64,000 bases of DNA, from the NCBI RefSeq assembly GCF_016432865.1, contig NC_067398.1:335730001-335794000 (forward strand), given 5' to 3'. Under the pieces are notes generated by a model. That model searched no databases and was not told where the DNA came from. It saw nothing but the letters and a program-made list of their open reading frames with translations. Below, in pieces: positions 12,741-23,999 of the stretch. Position 1 is the stretch's first letter, and every line of letters begins with the position of its first letter. Origin of the DNA: Antechinus flavipes. Its lineage: Eukaryota. Both the position numbers and the translations under genes were made by a program.

Positions 12741-14129
12741 AAATTGAGGAAGAGAGTCAAGAAAAGAGGTTGTCATGGAAACAAAGTCCATCTGTCTTCC
12801 AGTTTTATGCCATAAAACTTGACGGTTATAATATAGAATGGTTGTTGTTTGATTGTGTCTGATTCTGGGATTTTCTTAGAAGAGGTACTGGAGTGGTTCA
12901 CTGTTTTCTTCTTTGGCTTATTTTATAGACAAGGAAACAAAGGCAAAAAGGGTCAAGGTATCTTGTAAAGGGTCACACAGTTAGTAAGTATCTGAGGCCA
13001 CATATGAACTTAAATCTTCTTGACTCTGGGCCCAACACTCTGAGGGGAGGTGTTACAAAATTTCTTTCAAAGATGGGGTGATATTTGGGCATGCTTGTGA
13101 AAGCAGTAAAAGTCAGTGGATAAAAAAAGTTTGTTAGTCAAGGAAAAGGGAGACACGAAAAGGCAATCTGAAAAAAAAGGTGAAAGGAACAAGGGCTAGT
13201 GTTGGGTAGAAGAATAACAACTTCATCTTTTGAAATGGGAGCAAAGGGTATCATGTTAACATGATTTAAAGTGTGAAACTGGGAAGAAGGAACTGAATCT
13301 ATGGAGAGATTGAATTGGCTTAGAGACATTCCATTGGGAAATGTTCAGAGTTGTCATTCTGGTGTGACTGGACCAATTCACAGCTCCACCAACATTATAT
13401 TAACATGCCCACTTTCCTGTAGTCCCTCTAACTTTGCTCATTTTTCTCACTGATTATTTTTGCTGTCTGATGGGTTTTTCACGGTGTAAAGTTAAGTACT
13501 TCAGAGATGCTTTAATTTGCATTTCTCTAATTATTAGTAAATGGAAGAATTTTTTAAAATACAGTTGATAGTTTGAATTTCAGCTTTTGAAAACTTCCTG
13601 CCAAACACAGATTTTCTGTTTTTGAGTTTTTATTACCTTACCCAGATAATTGTAATGATCCTCCTGACTTTGGCTGCCCTTCTCCTATCAATCCTTCCTA
13701 CAGATATCAAAACAATTTTCCTAAGGCATAGAGCAGAACACTTTACTCCTCTGCTCAAGGACCCACAGTAGTTCCCTTTTGCCTTGGCAATAAAATATAA
13801 ATTTCTTAGCTAGGAATTTAAAACCTTTCACAGCCTTGTTCCTAACTAACTCTTCAGACATTTCATATTACTCTCGATCACATATTTTGTATTCCAGCCA
13901 ATCTTAAATTCTTCCAGTTTTCCAAACTAGACATTTCATCTTCTGACAAACTCTTCATCCTCATTTTTGCCTCTTAGAAACTTTTCTGCTTTCCAGGCTC
14001 AACTTAAACATCTCTTCCTCCATGAAAATTTTTTTTGATCCTTCTCAATTGACTGCCTTCCTCCTCAAGTTCTGTTAAAAACAAACAAACAAAAACTCTT
14101 TATCTGAACTTTCCTTGGATCTCTTCATG

Positions 14130-14577
14130 TCCTTTTTTTTAAAAAAAAATTTAATTGTAGTAGGTTTATTTATTTTAAATTAAAGTTTTATTTTCACAAT
14201 ATATACATGGACAATTTTCAACACTCACCCCTACAAAACCCTGTATTCTAATTTTCCCTCCTTTGTACTCACCTCCTCCCCCAGTCAGCAAATGATCCAC
14301 TATATGTAAAACATTTGCAATTCCTCTGTATATATTTCCACAAATATAATGCTGCACAAGAAAAATCAGAACAAAGAGGGAAAAAATGAGAAAGAAAACA
14401 AAATGCAAGCAAACAATAACAAAAAGAGTGAAAAATACTATGTTGTGGTCTACATTCAGTTCCCACTGTCCTCTCCTGGGTCCAAATGGCTTTCTTCATC
14501 ACAAGACCATTGGAATTGGTCTAAATCACCTCATTGTTAAAAAGAGCCACATCCATCAGAACTGATCATCATATAAT
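14130..14577 (-). mobile_element. L1 3' UTR fragment abutting alpha unit A
   Basis: T-rich tail at about 14130 followed by the reverse complement of the recurrent L1 3' UTR. Confidence 0.75.
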
Positions 14578-17030
14578 CCATCTATCCTGATCTTCCAAGG
14601 AGCTGCATATCATAGGAAGGGATGGCAGCCTGACTGAAACTGGAAGGACCTTAGATATCACCTACACTAAATACCTCTCCTCATTTAACATATGGGGAAA
14701 CTGAGATCAAGGGAAGTTAAGTAATTTGCTCAAGTCCCTGCTGGACCCCTGCTGCCCTAAAGTAGGCACTGTGCTAAAGAATGAGTGACACCCACTAGGA
14801 GAATTACTTAGGGAGTATTCTCCTGGTAACCCTATAAAAGGACCATAGGGACTGCTGGGCCTTCATATTTCTGGTACTGCAAAGACCGGAGATAGAAGTT
14901 GAGATGGCGCTCTCTGCAAATGACAAGAATAACGTGAAGAGGATCTGGAGTAAGTGGATGGGAGGCAATGCTAGTGCTGAAGCCCTGTTGAGGTAAGGGC
15001 TCCCCTTCTTTTCCCCCTCTTTGCACTTCCTACATTCCCTAAATCCAACTCCTGTCCGGTAGACACATGGATGCCCTTAGAATCCAGACTCCCAAACACT
15101 TGCCTTCTCCGACCTGAGCCTAACAAGTCCCCTGGATCTTCTGAGCTCAGAATCCCTCCTCTCCTTCTTAGCCTGGACTGTTTCCCCCGTTTTCAACCCC
15201 TGGTCTAGTTCCAGGTGCCCAGTGGACAATGCTCGAGATGATACCCAGAATGAGTCCCTCTTTCTTCTTTCCTTCCCGCAGGACCTTCCTCTCCTTCCCC
15301 ACTACCAAGACCTACTTCTTAATCAATACGGCCCGGCTCTGTCGACGGTCAGCACCATGGTCAGAAGGTGCCCTTTCCCAGGCTGTTGCCAACCTGGATG
15401 ATCTGCGCATGACCCTGTCCAAACAGAGCTTCAAGCTGAAAATGGATCCTGTTAACTTCAAGTTGAGTCAGAGATCAAGGGACCCACCAGAGCTGGCGAA
15501 TGGGGATTCCCAGTAATGCTATATGCTAGCCACGCAGCTCCATTGAGGTGTAATGAAGATTTGGTATGGACAGATTACTGGATTCCGAGTTAGAGTGGCA
15601 TTTGACCGCGGTCAGGACGGGCGCAATGGGCGGCTGGAATACAAGACAGGTAAGGGAATGAAGCAGGCAGGGGCAGCGGGGGCAGGGAAGTGTGGGTGCC
15701 CACCTGACTCGGGAGCTGTCCCTTCTCTCCCAGCTCCTCTCTCACTGCCTGATAGTGACTCTGGCCCGTCACCTGAGCAAGGATTTGACTCACAAAGTGC
15801 ACGCCTACATGGATAATAAGTTCTTTGCCTCTGTGGCTGCCTCTATGCGCTGATCTCAAAGTACCGTTAGGTCTTCAGAGGCAAGGAATTTCCCTCACCC
15901 TGCTGCCCCAACTGGGCTGCGGATCCCTCGGTGTCCCCATCTCCTCTTACTCCGCACAGTCTGATGGACGTCTCCGAATAAAGTCCGAGTCTGCCACAAT
16001 TTGTGTGCGTTTGTCTTTTGCGTCTGGGGCTGAGCTGCTTGTCTTTGGGGGGGTGATGGTGGTGGAAGAGGTGTTGAGAGAAAGGGAACTCTATCCTGAC
16101 TTAACCTTCATTCCACAGCCCTGAAGGGATGGAGTGGGCAGGGAAAGCCTTGCGATAGAAATTGGAGAGCACTTGCACCCAGATCAGCTTCTTTGTGTAC
16201 TCTTGCAGCCCACAAACATCCTCACCCATTTTATTTGTTCCATTCTGTTAAAATCTTGCTTGTCATCTGAGTGAACAAGATTGGGTTTTCTAAATGAGGA
16301 AATGAAAGATTTTAAAACTTGATCTGGCCGTAAGAGGAGCTCCTTCACTAGAACTCAGAAAATGCACTATTCTTCCCTTAGCCTAGTTAACACCATAATT
16401 GGCATGTTTGCACAGAGGCTTTGTTGCCTGAATATACTGTCTGATGAGATTGGAAGGAGATGATAAACTGAGAAGTGACATCACTCTTCAACTGATCTTT
16501 CAGACAGAGTGAGAGAGGTTAGCCCAATACAATCTTAGCTCATTCTGAGGACGAGCAGAGTATAACCTTGGTATGCCCTGGGCTCTCCTTAGCAACTTTG
16601 AGACATTCTATAAGGAAACCAGAGACAGGTCATTTTAGGGAGGGACATTTCAAGAGAATCTCAGATGCCTTGGGCTAGAGACAGACTATTGCCTAGATCC
16701 CTGCACTCCCCCCCTCACCCCTCCAAAGCAAAATTTTGACTTTCCCCTTTCCTTTTCTTATTCTTTTTCTTGTGTTTACTTTTGCTGGTGTTCTTTGGCT
16801 GCTTGCATTCCTCACTGAGTTTGCAATGGCATATAGAGAACTGGGGAATGGGTTGGAACCAAAAACTTGATATAAATTGAATAGTTATGTTTCTTTGCTG
16901 AAACTATGACTGGACTGAGAATGACTTTCCATCCCTACCCATAGCACTTTCCTATGGATAGAGTAGGGTGAGCTCTACCACCAAAATTGGGCTCACTCAT
17001 TTACATGCTTCATCACTTGCAATAAGCCTA
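14578..17030 (+). repeat. alpha-globin duplication unit A
   Basis: 5' flank (ctatcctgat..ctgca.atcatagga..gcagcctga) matches 19733 onward and about 27950 onward; 3' flank (ttgcctgaatata..ctgatgaga..gatgataaa..catcactcttcaactg; cactcatttac..cacttgcaataa) matches 22100-22700 and 30300-30590. Confidence 0.85.
14904..15870 (+). pseudogene. alpha-globin pseudogene A
   Basis: Exon remnants 14904-14992, 15282-15462, 15734-15870. Exon-2 donor GT>TT at 15463. Indels scramble the CD/E region, a deletion removes the proximal His (cagagcttc in place of ctgagcgacctgcacgcccat), and exon 3 is frameshifted with an early TGA. CCAAT decayed to AGAAT (14778); TATAAAA kept (14833); AATAAA at 15977. Confidence 0.95.
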
Positions 17031-17179
17031 TACTATTGTTATTTGTCATTTTAGGAGGGGGAAGGAGAAGAGGAAGAAGAAACAGAGCTCAAAATTTTTA
17101 AAAAAACAAATGTTAAAAATTATCTTTGCATATAACTGGTAAAAAAAAAAAAGATACTATTTAAGCAAAATAAAAAACG

Positions 17180-18560
17180 AACAGAATTTTTTTAAAAAAA
17201 CTAACCAGAAAAATAAAACAAGGAAAGAAAATTTAAGAATCATCAACTTTTAATTTGAATATAAATTGAAGAATAGAGGGGCTTAATAATTAAATTAAAT
17301 AACTGAACTCTCAAAAGGGAAAATCCCAGGATGAAACAGATTTACAAGGGTACTGATATAAAATGTGTCCTCTTGAATCTTTGGGAGAAAGATGATCTGG
17401 GACTCAAACTCTCCCAGCCTCTGGGAGGGGCACACCCTTTGGCTCATAAGGGAAACTCCCAGATAATAATCTTATTCACTTGAAATCTCAGCCTGGGGCA
17501 TGGTCTGTGCTCTATTGAGTTGAAAATTAGTCTCTCAAATTCATCCTGAGATTGGTCCCCAGGTCGGGGCCAAAGACCAAAGAAGCCCCAATATATCTAG
17601 AGCTGTATGCCTAGACATTTCACAAAAGTCCTAACAGGATTTTGTCCGCTGATGAAGATATTTTCTTCTCAGTGTAAACCCATCTTTGCAGTAGTCCTAG
17701 CAGGATTGTGCCTGCTAAGAAAGCTATTTTCTTAGAATAATAAATCCATTCTTGCCACAAACCTTGATGCTGTATTAATTGGGGTGTATTCTTTCGCAAA
17801 GCCTGCCACAGGCCAAGGGAGATCCCATTATGTCAAGGGATCTCTCAGCCCCCAATTTTCACACATCAACAGTACTTTATCAAACATTTAAAGATCAATT
17901 AATTCTAATATAATGTTCAAAGTTTGCCACAATGGAGGGGAATGGGATTTTCCCAAATTCCTATGAAATGTAAAGAGAATTCTGTGGCTCATTTGTTCCA
18001 ACTAGACTAGCTAGATCTCCCCTTTAGGAGATCTAGGGATATGCTCAAGGATTTGGAGTATCTATTTTCTAATGCCTTCTGCTCAAACCCCCTACTGCCT
18101 ATATAATTTCCACCCAGAAATTAGTATTCCAATTCTATTTAACCTTTTAAGTTCAATTAGTTCTCAATAAAGAATATTGAATTCAAAGATTTAGTAAGAA
18201 CAAAAGTATATACATTTTCTTGTAAATAAGCAAGTTAAAGGATCAGAGAAAGAGGTACTTTTTATAAGTTCTGATGAGAGAGGAATTCTTACCCAAAGAA
18301 GCTCTAGAGAGGAAATGAAATGGACAATTTTATTCCATAAAATTGAAAAACTTCAGAACAAACAAAATCAATACATTTAAATTTAGCAGGAAAATCATTG
18401 ACTGGGTTTTTTGTTTTTCAGATTTATCTGATAAAACTGTGATATCCAAAATATGGAGGGAATTAAAACAAACAGATAAGAGCAATAGTCATTTGCCAAT
18501 AGATAAATGGTAGTTCTCCAAGGAAGAAAGGCAAATTATAAATAACCATAAATGTGTAAA
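17180..18560 (+). mobile_element. L1 ORF2 fragments interrupted by a solo LTR
   Basis: gaaaatcccagga..agatttacaag|..|tttatcaaacatttaaagatcaattaatt resembles L1 ORF2 (KSPG.DGFT.EFYQTFKE.L). Later segments resemble the ORF2 3' half. Boundaries approximate. Confidence 0.7.
17354..17871 (+). mobile_element. solo LTR (probably class I/ERV1-type), 518 bp
   Basis: Starts TGATATAAAA, ends CATCAACA (TG...CA). 4-bp TSD GTAC at 17350-17353 and 17872-17875. AATAAA at 17739. Internal tandem duplication (gtccta.caggatt.tg..gct..gaa..tattttctt). Removing it restores continuous L1 sequence. Confidence 0.85.
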
Positions 18561-19043
18561 AATTGGGTAATTATCCAATATGGATGTCAATTTCTTCATC
18601 TGTATAGGAAGGGGTTGGATTCAATGATTTCTGAGCTATCTTTCAGCTCTAAATCTATGATGTTATGGACCCCAGGATAGCTCCTTGCAGTACAACTTTC
18701 ATCCTCAGCACTGCTATTTCAGGAAGGTGGGGCTGGAGAGGAGAGCGCTCCTCTGCCCAGGTGCCTCTCAGCTGGTCAGGATGCTTCTTAGGGAGGTCAG
18801 GGAAAGGAACCTCCAACTTGACTGCTGCAATAACTGTGACTTGTGAGTGAGCCAAAGTGTGTGACTGGGCTGTCCTTGGTCTTCTTCTAAACACGTTTGA
18901 GCCTCATAACATTCCAAAGGAATAGTTTGTTCAGATGACAAAGTGACTCAGTGGTAGAGAAGGAACTGTCCTATGTCTTCTGCACTTCAGGACAGAAATG
19001 CTGCCCAGGGTTTGTCTTCATTTGCCTCCCAGGTTACTAGTGT

Positions 19044-19588
19044 TGTTAAGGCACAGTTCTCTTTTATTGTCCTGACTCAGTCCCCCTAATTATCCTGACC
19101 CCAGTCCTGACTCAGTTTCTCTGCTTCAGTTTATAATAATCAGTTCAAAGCTCAGTTCCGCAAAATCTCCCCTTCCTCTTTATCAGAATACTTGATAAAG
19201 GATAAAAGATCTTATGTTTTAAAATATCAGAATGCCTCTCCCTATCCTAAGCTACAGGAATGTCAGATACTGTTTTATTAAGATGCCTCTCCCCATCTCT
19301 GGGGTTCCTTTCCCCATTAGGTCATCCCATCCCCCATGCCCTGTCAGAACTGGATTGTCAGTGTCCTGTTCCCACTCTCAGCACCTGACTCCGCCCCTGC
19401 CTCAGTATACCCCCTGAGTCTGAGCCATGTGTATATAGGTCATTGAGAACTCACATTGTTTGCTGGATTCTTGGAGATGATAGCCCTGGGACAGAACCAT
19501 GGATCCATTTGGTCCCAGCAAATCTCTCCCTTTTAATAAATTTATTTATCTCTAATTTCTATCTTGCCTCAGTTTCAACGGCATTACA
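19044..19588 (+). mobile_element. solo LTR (probably class I/ERV1-type), 545 bp
   Basis: TGTTAAG...GCATTACA. 4-bp TSD GTGT at 19040-19043 and 19589-19592. The empty site (ggttactagtgtgagca) is present in paralogous unit C at about 27793-27809. TATATA at about 19433, AATAAA at 19535. Confidence 0.92.
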
Positions 19589-20290
19589 GTGTGAGCAGAC
19601 AGAAAGAACCCTAAGTGTGAATGTGAGCCAGGGTCAGACACTCCTGTTCAAATGCAGCACTGACCTGAGTTCCCTTCCCCTTTCCCTCCTCAGTTTTTAA
19701 ATCTGTAGCATCTGAATATGAAACTGATTCTTCTATCCTGATTTGTCAGGGGTCTGCACATCATAGGATGAGGATGACAGCCTGAGTGAGAGCTGGAAAG
19801 GACTTTGGATGTCACCTACACCAACTACTTCTCAGTTTACAGATGGGAAAACTGAGATCCACGAATATTAAGTAATTTTTTCCCACAAAGTACTAATTGA
19901 GAGAGCCAGGTGATTTGTACCCAGGTTCCTTATTTCAATTGACATTCATTTGAAAGCCCTCATTCTGCTTTCCATGGAAAGCTGCAGGTGAAGGAGATAA
20001 TAACCATTTACAAACTTGCTATGTGCTACCCTGTTTTCAATTATCTCTTGTGATGTTTACAACAACCCTGTGAAGTAGACGCTATTTTACCCCTATTTTA
20101 TGGAGGAGGAAACTGAGAAAAACAGAGATTAAATGACTAGTCCAAATTCACACAACTAGGAAGTTCCTAAGGCCATATTTTTAATTGAGGTCACTCTGAT
20201 TCCAGGGCTCGTGTTTGGAATTGCCCCAACCTGAGAAACGTCCCAGATGCAGAGCCTGAGCAGAGTCTCTTCAGAAGTTGGGGAGCCCGA

Positions 20291-20457
20291 GATAGACGGC
20301 AGCACAGCGCCGTCTACAGGGGGTGAATAGCTTTAACGCCATCAGGAGCAGTGACTCAGCTGGGCTTCTGGCACCCCAAACGGGCACGGTGCCAACCAAT
20401 GAGCGACGCCCACTGAGAGAACTTCTCAGGGCGTGCCTTCCAGGGAACCCCATAAAA
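20291..20457 (+). promoter_or_regulatory. adult alpha-globin promoter
   Basis: AGATAG at about 20291, TGACTCAGC (NF-E2/AP-1-like) 20352-20360, CCAAT 20396-20400, CATAAAA 20451-20457; CpG-rich. Confidence 0.85.
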
Positions 20458-20518
20458 GCACTGTGGGGCTCCAGGCTGCACATTTCTGGTCCTGCAAAGA
20501 ACTCAGAAAGAAGTAAAA

Positions 20519-21516
20519 ATGGTGCTCTCTGGTGCTGACAAGGCTAACGTGAAGTCCGTGTGGAGTAAGGTGGGAGGCAACGCCGGTGCCTACGCAGGTG
20601 AAGCCCTTGCCAGGTAAAGGACTCCCCTCTCCTCCCCGGCCTTCGCGCTTCCTACCTATCCCCAGTCCCATAGATCCACGAATGCAGAATCCAAAAACCC
20701 AATCCAGGTCGGCAGACCTCCGACAGAAATCCGTCGAGTGTCCCGGGATCTTCTGAGCTCAGAACCCTTCCTCTCCTTCTTAGCCTGGACCGTTTCCCCC
20801 ATCCTCAACCCTGGCTCCAGCTCCAGGTGCCCAGTGGACAGCGTTCGGGATGATGCTCCAAATGAGTCCTCTTTCTTCTTTCCTTTCCGCAGAACCTTCC
20901 TCTCCTTCCCCACTACCAAGACTTACTTTCCCCACTTCGACTTGTCCCCCGGCTCCGCCGACGTCAAGGGTCATGGTCAGAAGGTAGCTGATGCCCTTTC
21001 CCAGGCTGTTGCCAACCTGGATGATCTGCCCGGAACCCTGTCCAAACTGAGCGACCTGCACGCCCATAAGCTGAGAGTGGATCCAGTTAACTTCAAGGTG
21101 AGTCAGGGATTGAGCGACCCACCGGGGGGAAGCGAAGGGACCGGGGCTGGTGACTGGATGCCCAGTGCAGCCAGTAAGGTCGCTTTTGAGTGTAATGGTT
21201 CCTACAATGAACCCTTGGCATGCGGGGCAGATTACTGGATTTCAGGGTAGAGCAGGGTTTGAGCGCGGTCAGGACGGGGGCAGCGGGCGGGTGGAGTACG
21301 AGACAGGTAAGGGAAGGAAGCAGGCAGGGGCAGTGGGGGGAGGGAAGTGTGGGCGCTCACCTGACTCGGGAGCTGTCCCTTTTTCAGCTCCTCTCTCACT
21401 GCCTGATCGTGACTCTGGCCTGTCATCTGAGCAAGGATTTGACTCCCGAAGCCCACGCCTCCATGGACAAGTTCTTTGCCTCTGTGGCTACCGTGCTGAC
21501 CTCCAAGTACCGTTAA
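20519..21516 (+). CDS. HBA: adult alpha-globin, intact, 142 aa
   Basis: Exons 20519-20613, 20893-21097, 21388-21516 (95/205/129 nt, GT-AG). [142 protein letters not shown]. His58 and His87 present; AATAAA at 21626. Confidence 0.98.
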
Positions 21517-23184
21517 GTTGTGTCGGAAGCCAGGGATTTCCACTGCCCTGCCGCCATCATCCGGGCTGCGGGTCCCTCGTTGTCCCCAATCCCTTCCACT
21601 CCGCATGGGCAGATGGACGTCTCCGAATAAAGTCTAAGTCTGCCACAAGTTGACTCAGTGCGTTTGTCTTCTGCGTCTGGGGCTGGGATATGTGTGGGAA
21701 AGCTGGAGCTGGAAGGGTTGGGGAATGGAGGAAGTGTGAAGAGGACTGGGGAATCATATCCTGATTTCCTGCTTCTTGTACAGTCTAAAGGGGTGGAAGT
21801 GGGTAGGGAAAGGCTTACAGTAAAAATGGGAGATCACTTGCACCCAGAGCAGCCTCCTTATTCCCCCTAGTACTCTTAGGGGCCCCACAAAGATCCTTAC
21901 CTATACTCCAGTCCCCTTTTGTTCCTTCAATTCTGTTGTAAACATTGGCTGCAATCCAAATGAACAAGATTGAATTCTTTAAATGGGAAGACAACGTATA
22001 ATAAAACTTGATGTGGACCTGGGAAGAGCTCTTTCACTAGAACTGAGAAAGGGGACCATTTCCCCCTAAACCTAGTTGGCACTTAATTGGCATATATTTG
22101 CACAAAGGCCTTTTTGCCTGAATATACAGTCTGATGAGAATGGAAGGAGATGATAAACTAAGAAGTAACATCACTCTTCAACTGCTCTTTCAGACAGGGA
22201 GTGAGAAAGGCCAGCACAGCACAGCCCTAGTTTCTACTCTTTGTGTGGAGGAAGAAGAGGGTACCAGTCTTGCCCTAGGCTCTCCTTCAAAACTCTGAGA
22301 TATCTTCTAGAAAACCTGAAACAATCATTTTAGGGAGGGATGTTTCAAGTGAGGTCTCTGTCCTAGAAATAATCTTTTACCTAGATCCCTGTCTCTACCA
22401 TTACCCCCCAAAAGCAAAATTTTGACTGTCCTCTTTCCTCCTCCCCTTCTCTTCTCCTCCCCTTCTCTTTCTTGTGTTTAAGTTTGCTAGTGTTTTTTGG
22501 CAGCTTGCATTCCTCACTAAGTCTGCAAGGGCATGTAGGGAGCTGGGGAATGAGTTGGAGCCAAAAGCTTGATATAAATTGAATAGTCATGTTTCTTTGT
22601 TAATATTAGGACTGAGTCTTCATTTCTACCCATAGCACTTTCCATCCTCTACCACCAAGAGTTCTAGATTGGACTCACTCATTTACATCACTTGCAATAA
22701 ACCACTTCCCTGTTCTAGGTTTCATTGGTCTCTCTATCATGAAAGGTTTCGAGAAGCTCCAACACTGCTAGGCTAAGCTCTCCAGATACATTTCTCTTCT
22801 AACATTCTATTGACAATTTCCCACACTCTAGATTATAAGGTCCCTGCCAACTCTAATAGTTAGCATGCTAAGTTGGATCTAGAAAAACAACTGAGTAACA
22901 CTTGAATAATAGTTAAATAACATGTCATCTATATGAACATCCCTGTCTTGTATGATAGAAGCAGTACAAGCGTACCACATGGATGTAGAATCAAAAGATC
23001 TACCTACCAGGCTCAGGTCCTTCACTTAATCTTGATATTTCATCCTCTTTGAGCCTCAGATCACTCATCCTGAAAATGAGGATAATGATCTTTGCCCCAA
23101 ATCCCTCACAAAGTGTTCAACTAGTTCAAATGGGATCCTTCCAAATGAGTGCATTGTAAGCTTCAAGCTCATATTCATTTGTCA

Positions 23185-23440
23185 ACCATATTGTTGTTTT
23201 TGTTGTTTAGTTGTTTCAGCCATGTTGGACACATTATGACCCTATTGGAGGTTTATTTAGAAGAGATAATGGAGTGGTTGGCCATTTCCTTCTCCAGTTC
23301 ATTTCACAGAAGAGGAAAATGAGGCAGAATAAAGTGACTTATCCAGGATCACACAGCTAGTAGATGTTTGGGCCCAGATTTGAACTTAGAAATATTAGTC
23401 TTTCTGAATCTGGACTCTATCCACTAACTCACCTAGTAGA
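23185..23440 (+). mobile_element. Mar1-like marsupial SINE
   Basis: gttgtt..gtttcagccatgt..atgacccta..ggagtggttggccatttccttctccag.tcattt.acaga.gaggaaa.tgaggca; similar copies at about 12850 and 46800. Confidence 0.6.
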
Positions 23441-23999
23441 AAGACTTTACAGAGAAGATGATGCTTGAGTTTTGTCTTGAAAGAAGAGAGGGATCTGTGA
23501 GTCAGAGGTGAAAGAAAGAACATTTGAGGCATGGGGGACAGTGAGTGAAAAGGACACAGGCAGGAGATTGGAGCACCATGTGTAATGTGATGTGACTCTT
23601 ATGACTGGAGGGCAGGCAGGAACTGCAAAACCAGGCCAGTCATCTCTACATTTCCCACTTGACTCTGAAATCTTTTGGATTGTTTTGAACTTCTTTATGA
23701 ATCATGTCCCTATGCTGGATCCCCGTCCTCCATTCCTGTTCCATTTTCAGCTTTTTCTCATTAAACTGAAAGTTTCCTGAGGGTAGAAACTGTCCTTTTC
23801 ATATTTCTATCCCCAACTTTTAGCACAGTGCTTAGCACAGAGAAGGAATGTTTGTTGACTGACTGTGAGCAACACAGAAAAGGCCAGTTTGTCTAAATAA
23901 GAGAACTCAGCTGAGGAAGTAATTTCCATTTTATAACCTTTAATGTTTACATAGCACTTTAAATAGAATTATCTATTGGATCAAGTCTCCAAAAAACAT

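Larger units (their letters stand above)
18566..22702 (+). repeat. alpha-globin duplication unit B (contains the intact gene)
   Basis: ggtaattatccaata.ggatgtcaatttcttcatctgtataggaagggg... at 18566 is nearly identical to 27331 onward. Homology continues through the gene to the 3' flank. Confidence 0.9.

Noticed and set aside
14797-14825. Hairpin ggagaattac...gtattctcc between the CCAAT and TATA positions of pseudogene A
   Set aside because: The stem is short and only partly present in the intact promoter (ctgaga...tctcag), so it is likely coincidental.
18655-18894. Duplicated ORFs beginning MDPRIAPCSTTFILSTAISG (18665-18850 and 27430-27612)
   Set aside because: They arise from the B/C segmental duplication and diverge in frame after about 20 codons. 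No splice or promoter evidence supports a protein family.
20738-21653. Long ORFs overlapping alpha (170 aa, 167 aa, and antisense 95/124 aa), with similar ones over theta (180/209 aa)
   Set aside because: They are read-through of GC-rich introns around real globin exons, or antisense shadows, and are fully explained by the spliced genes.
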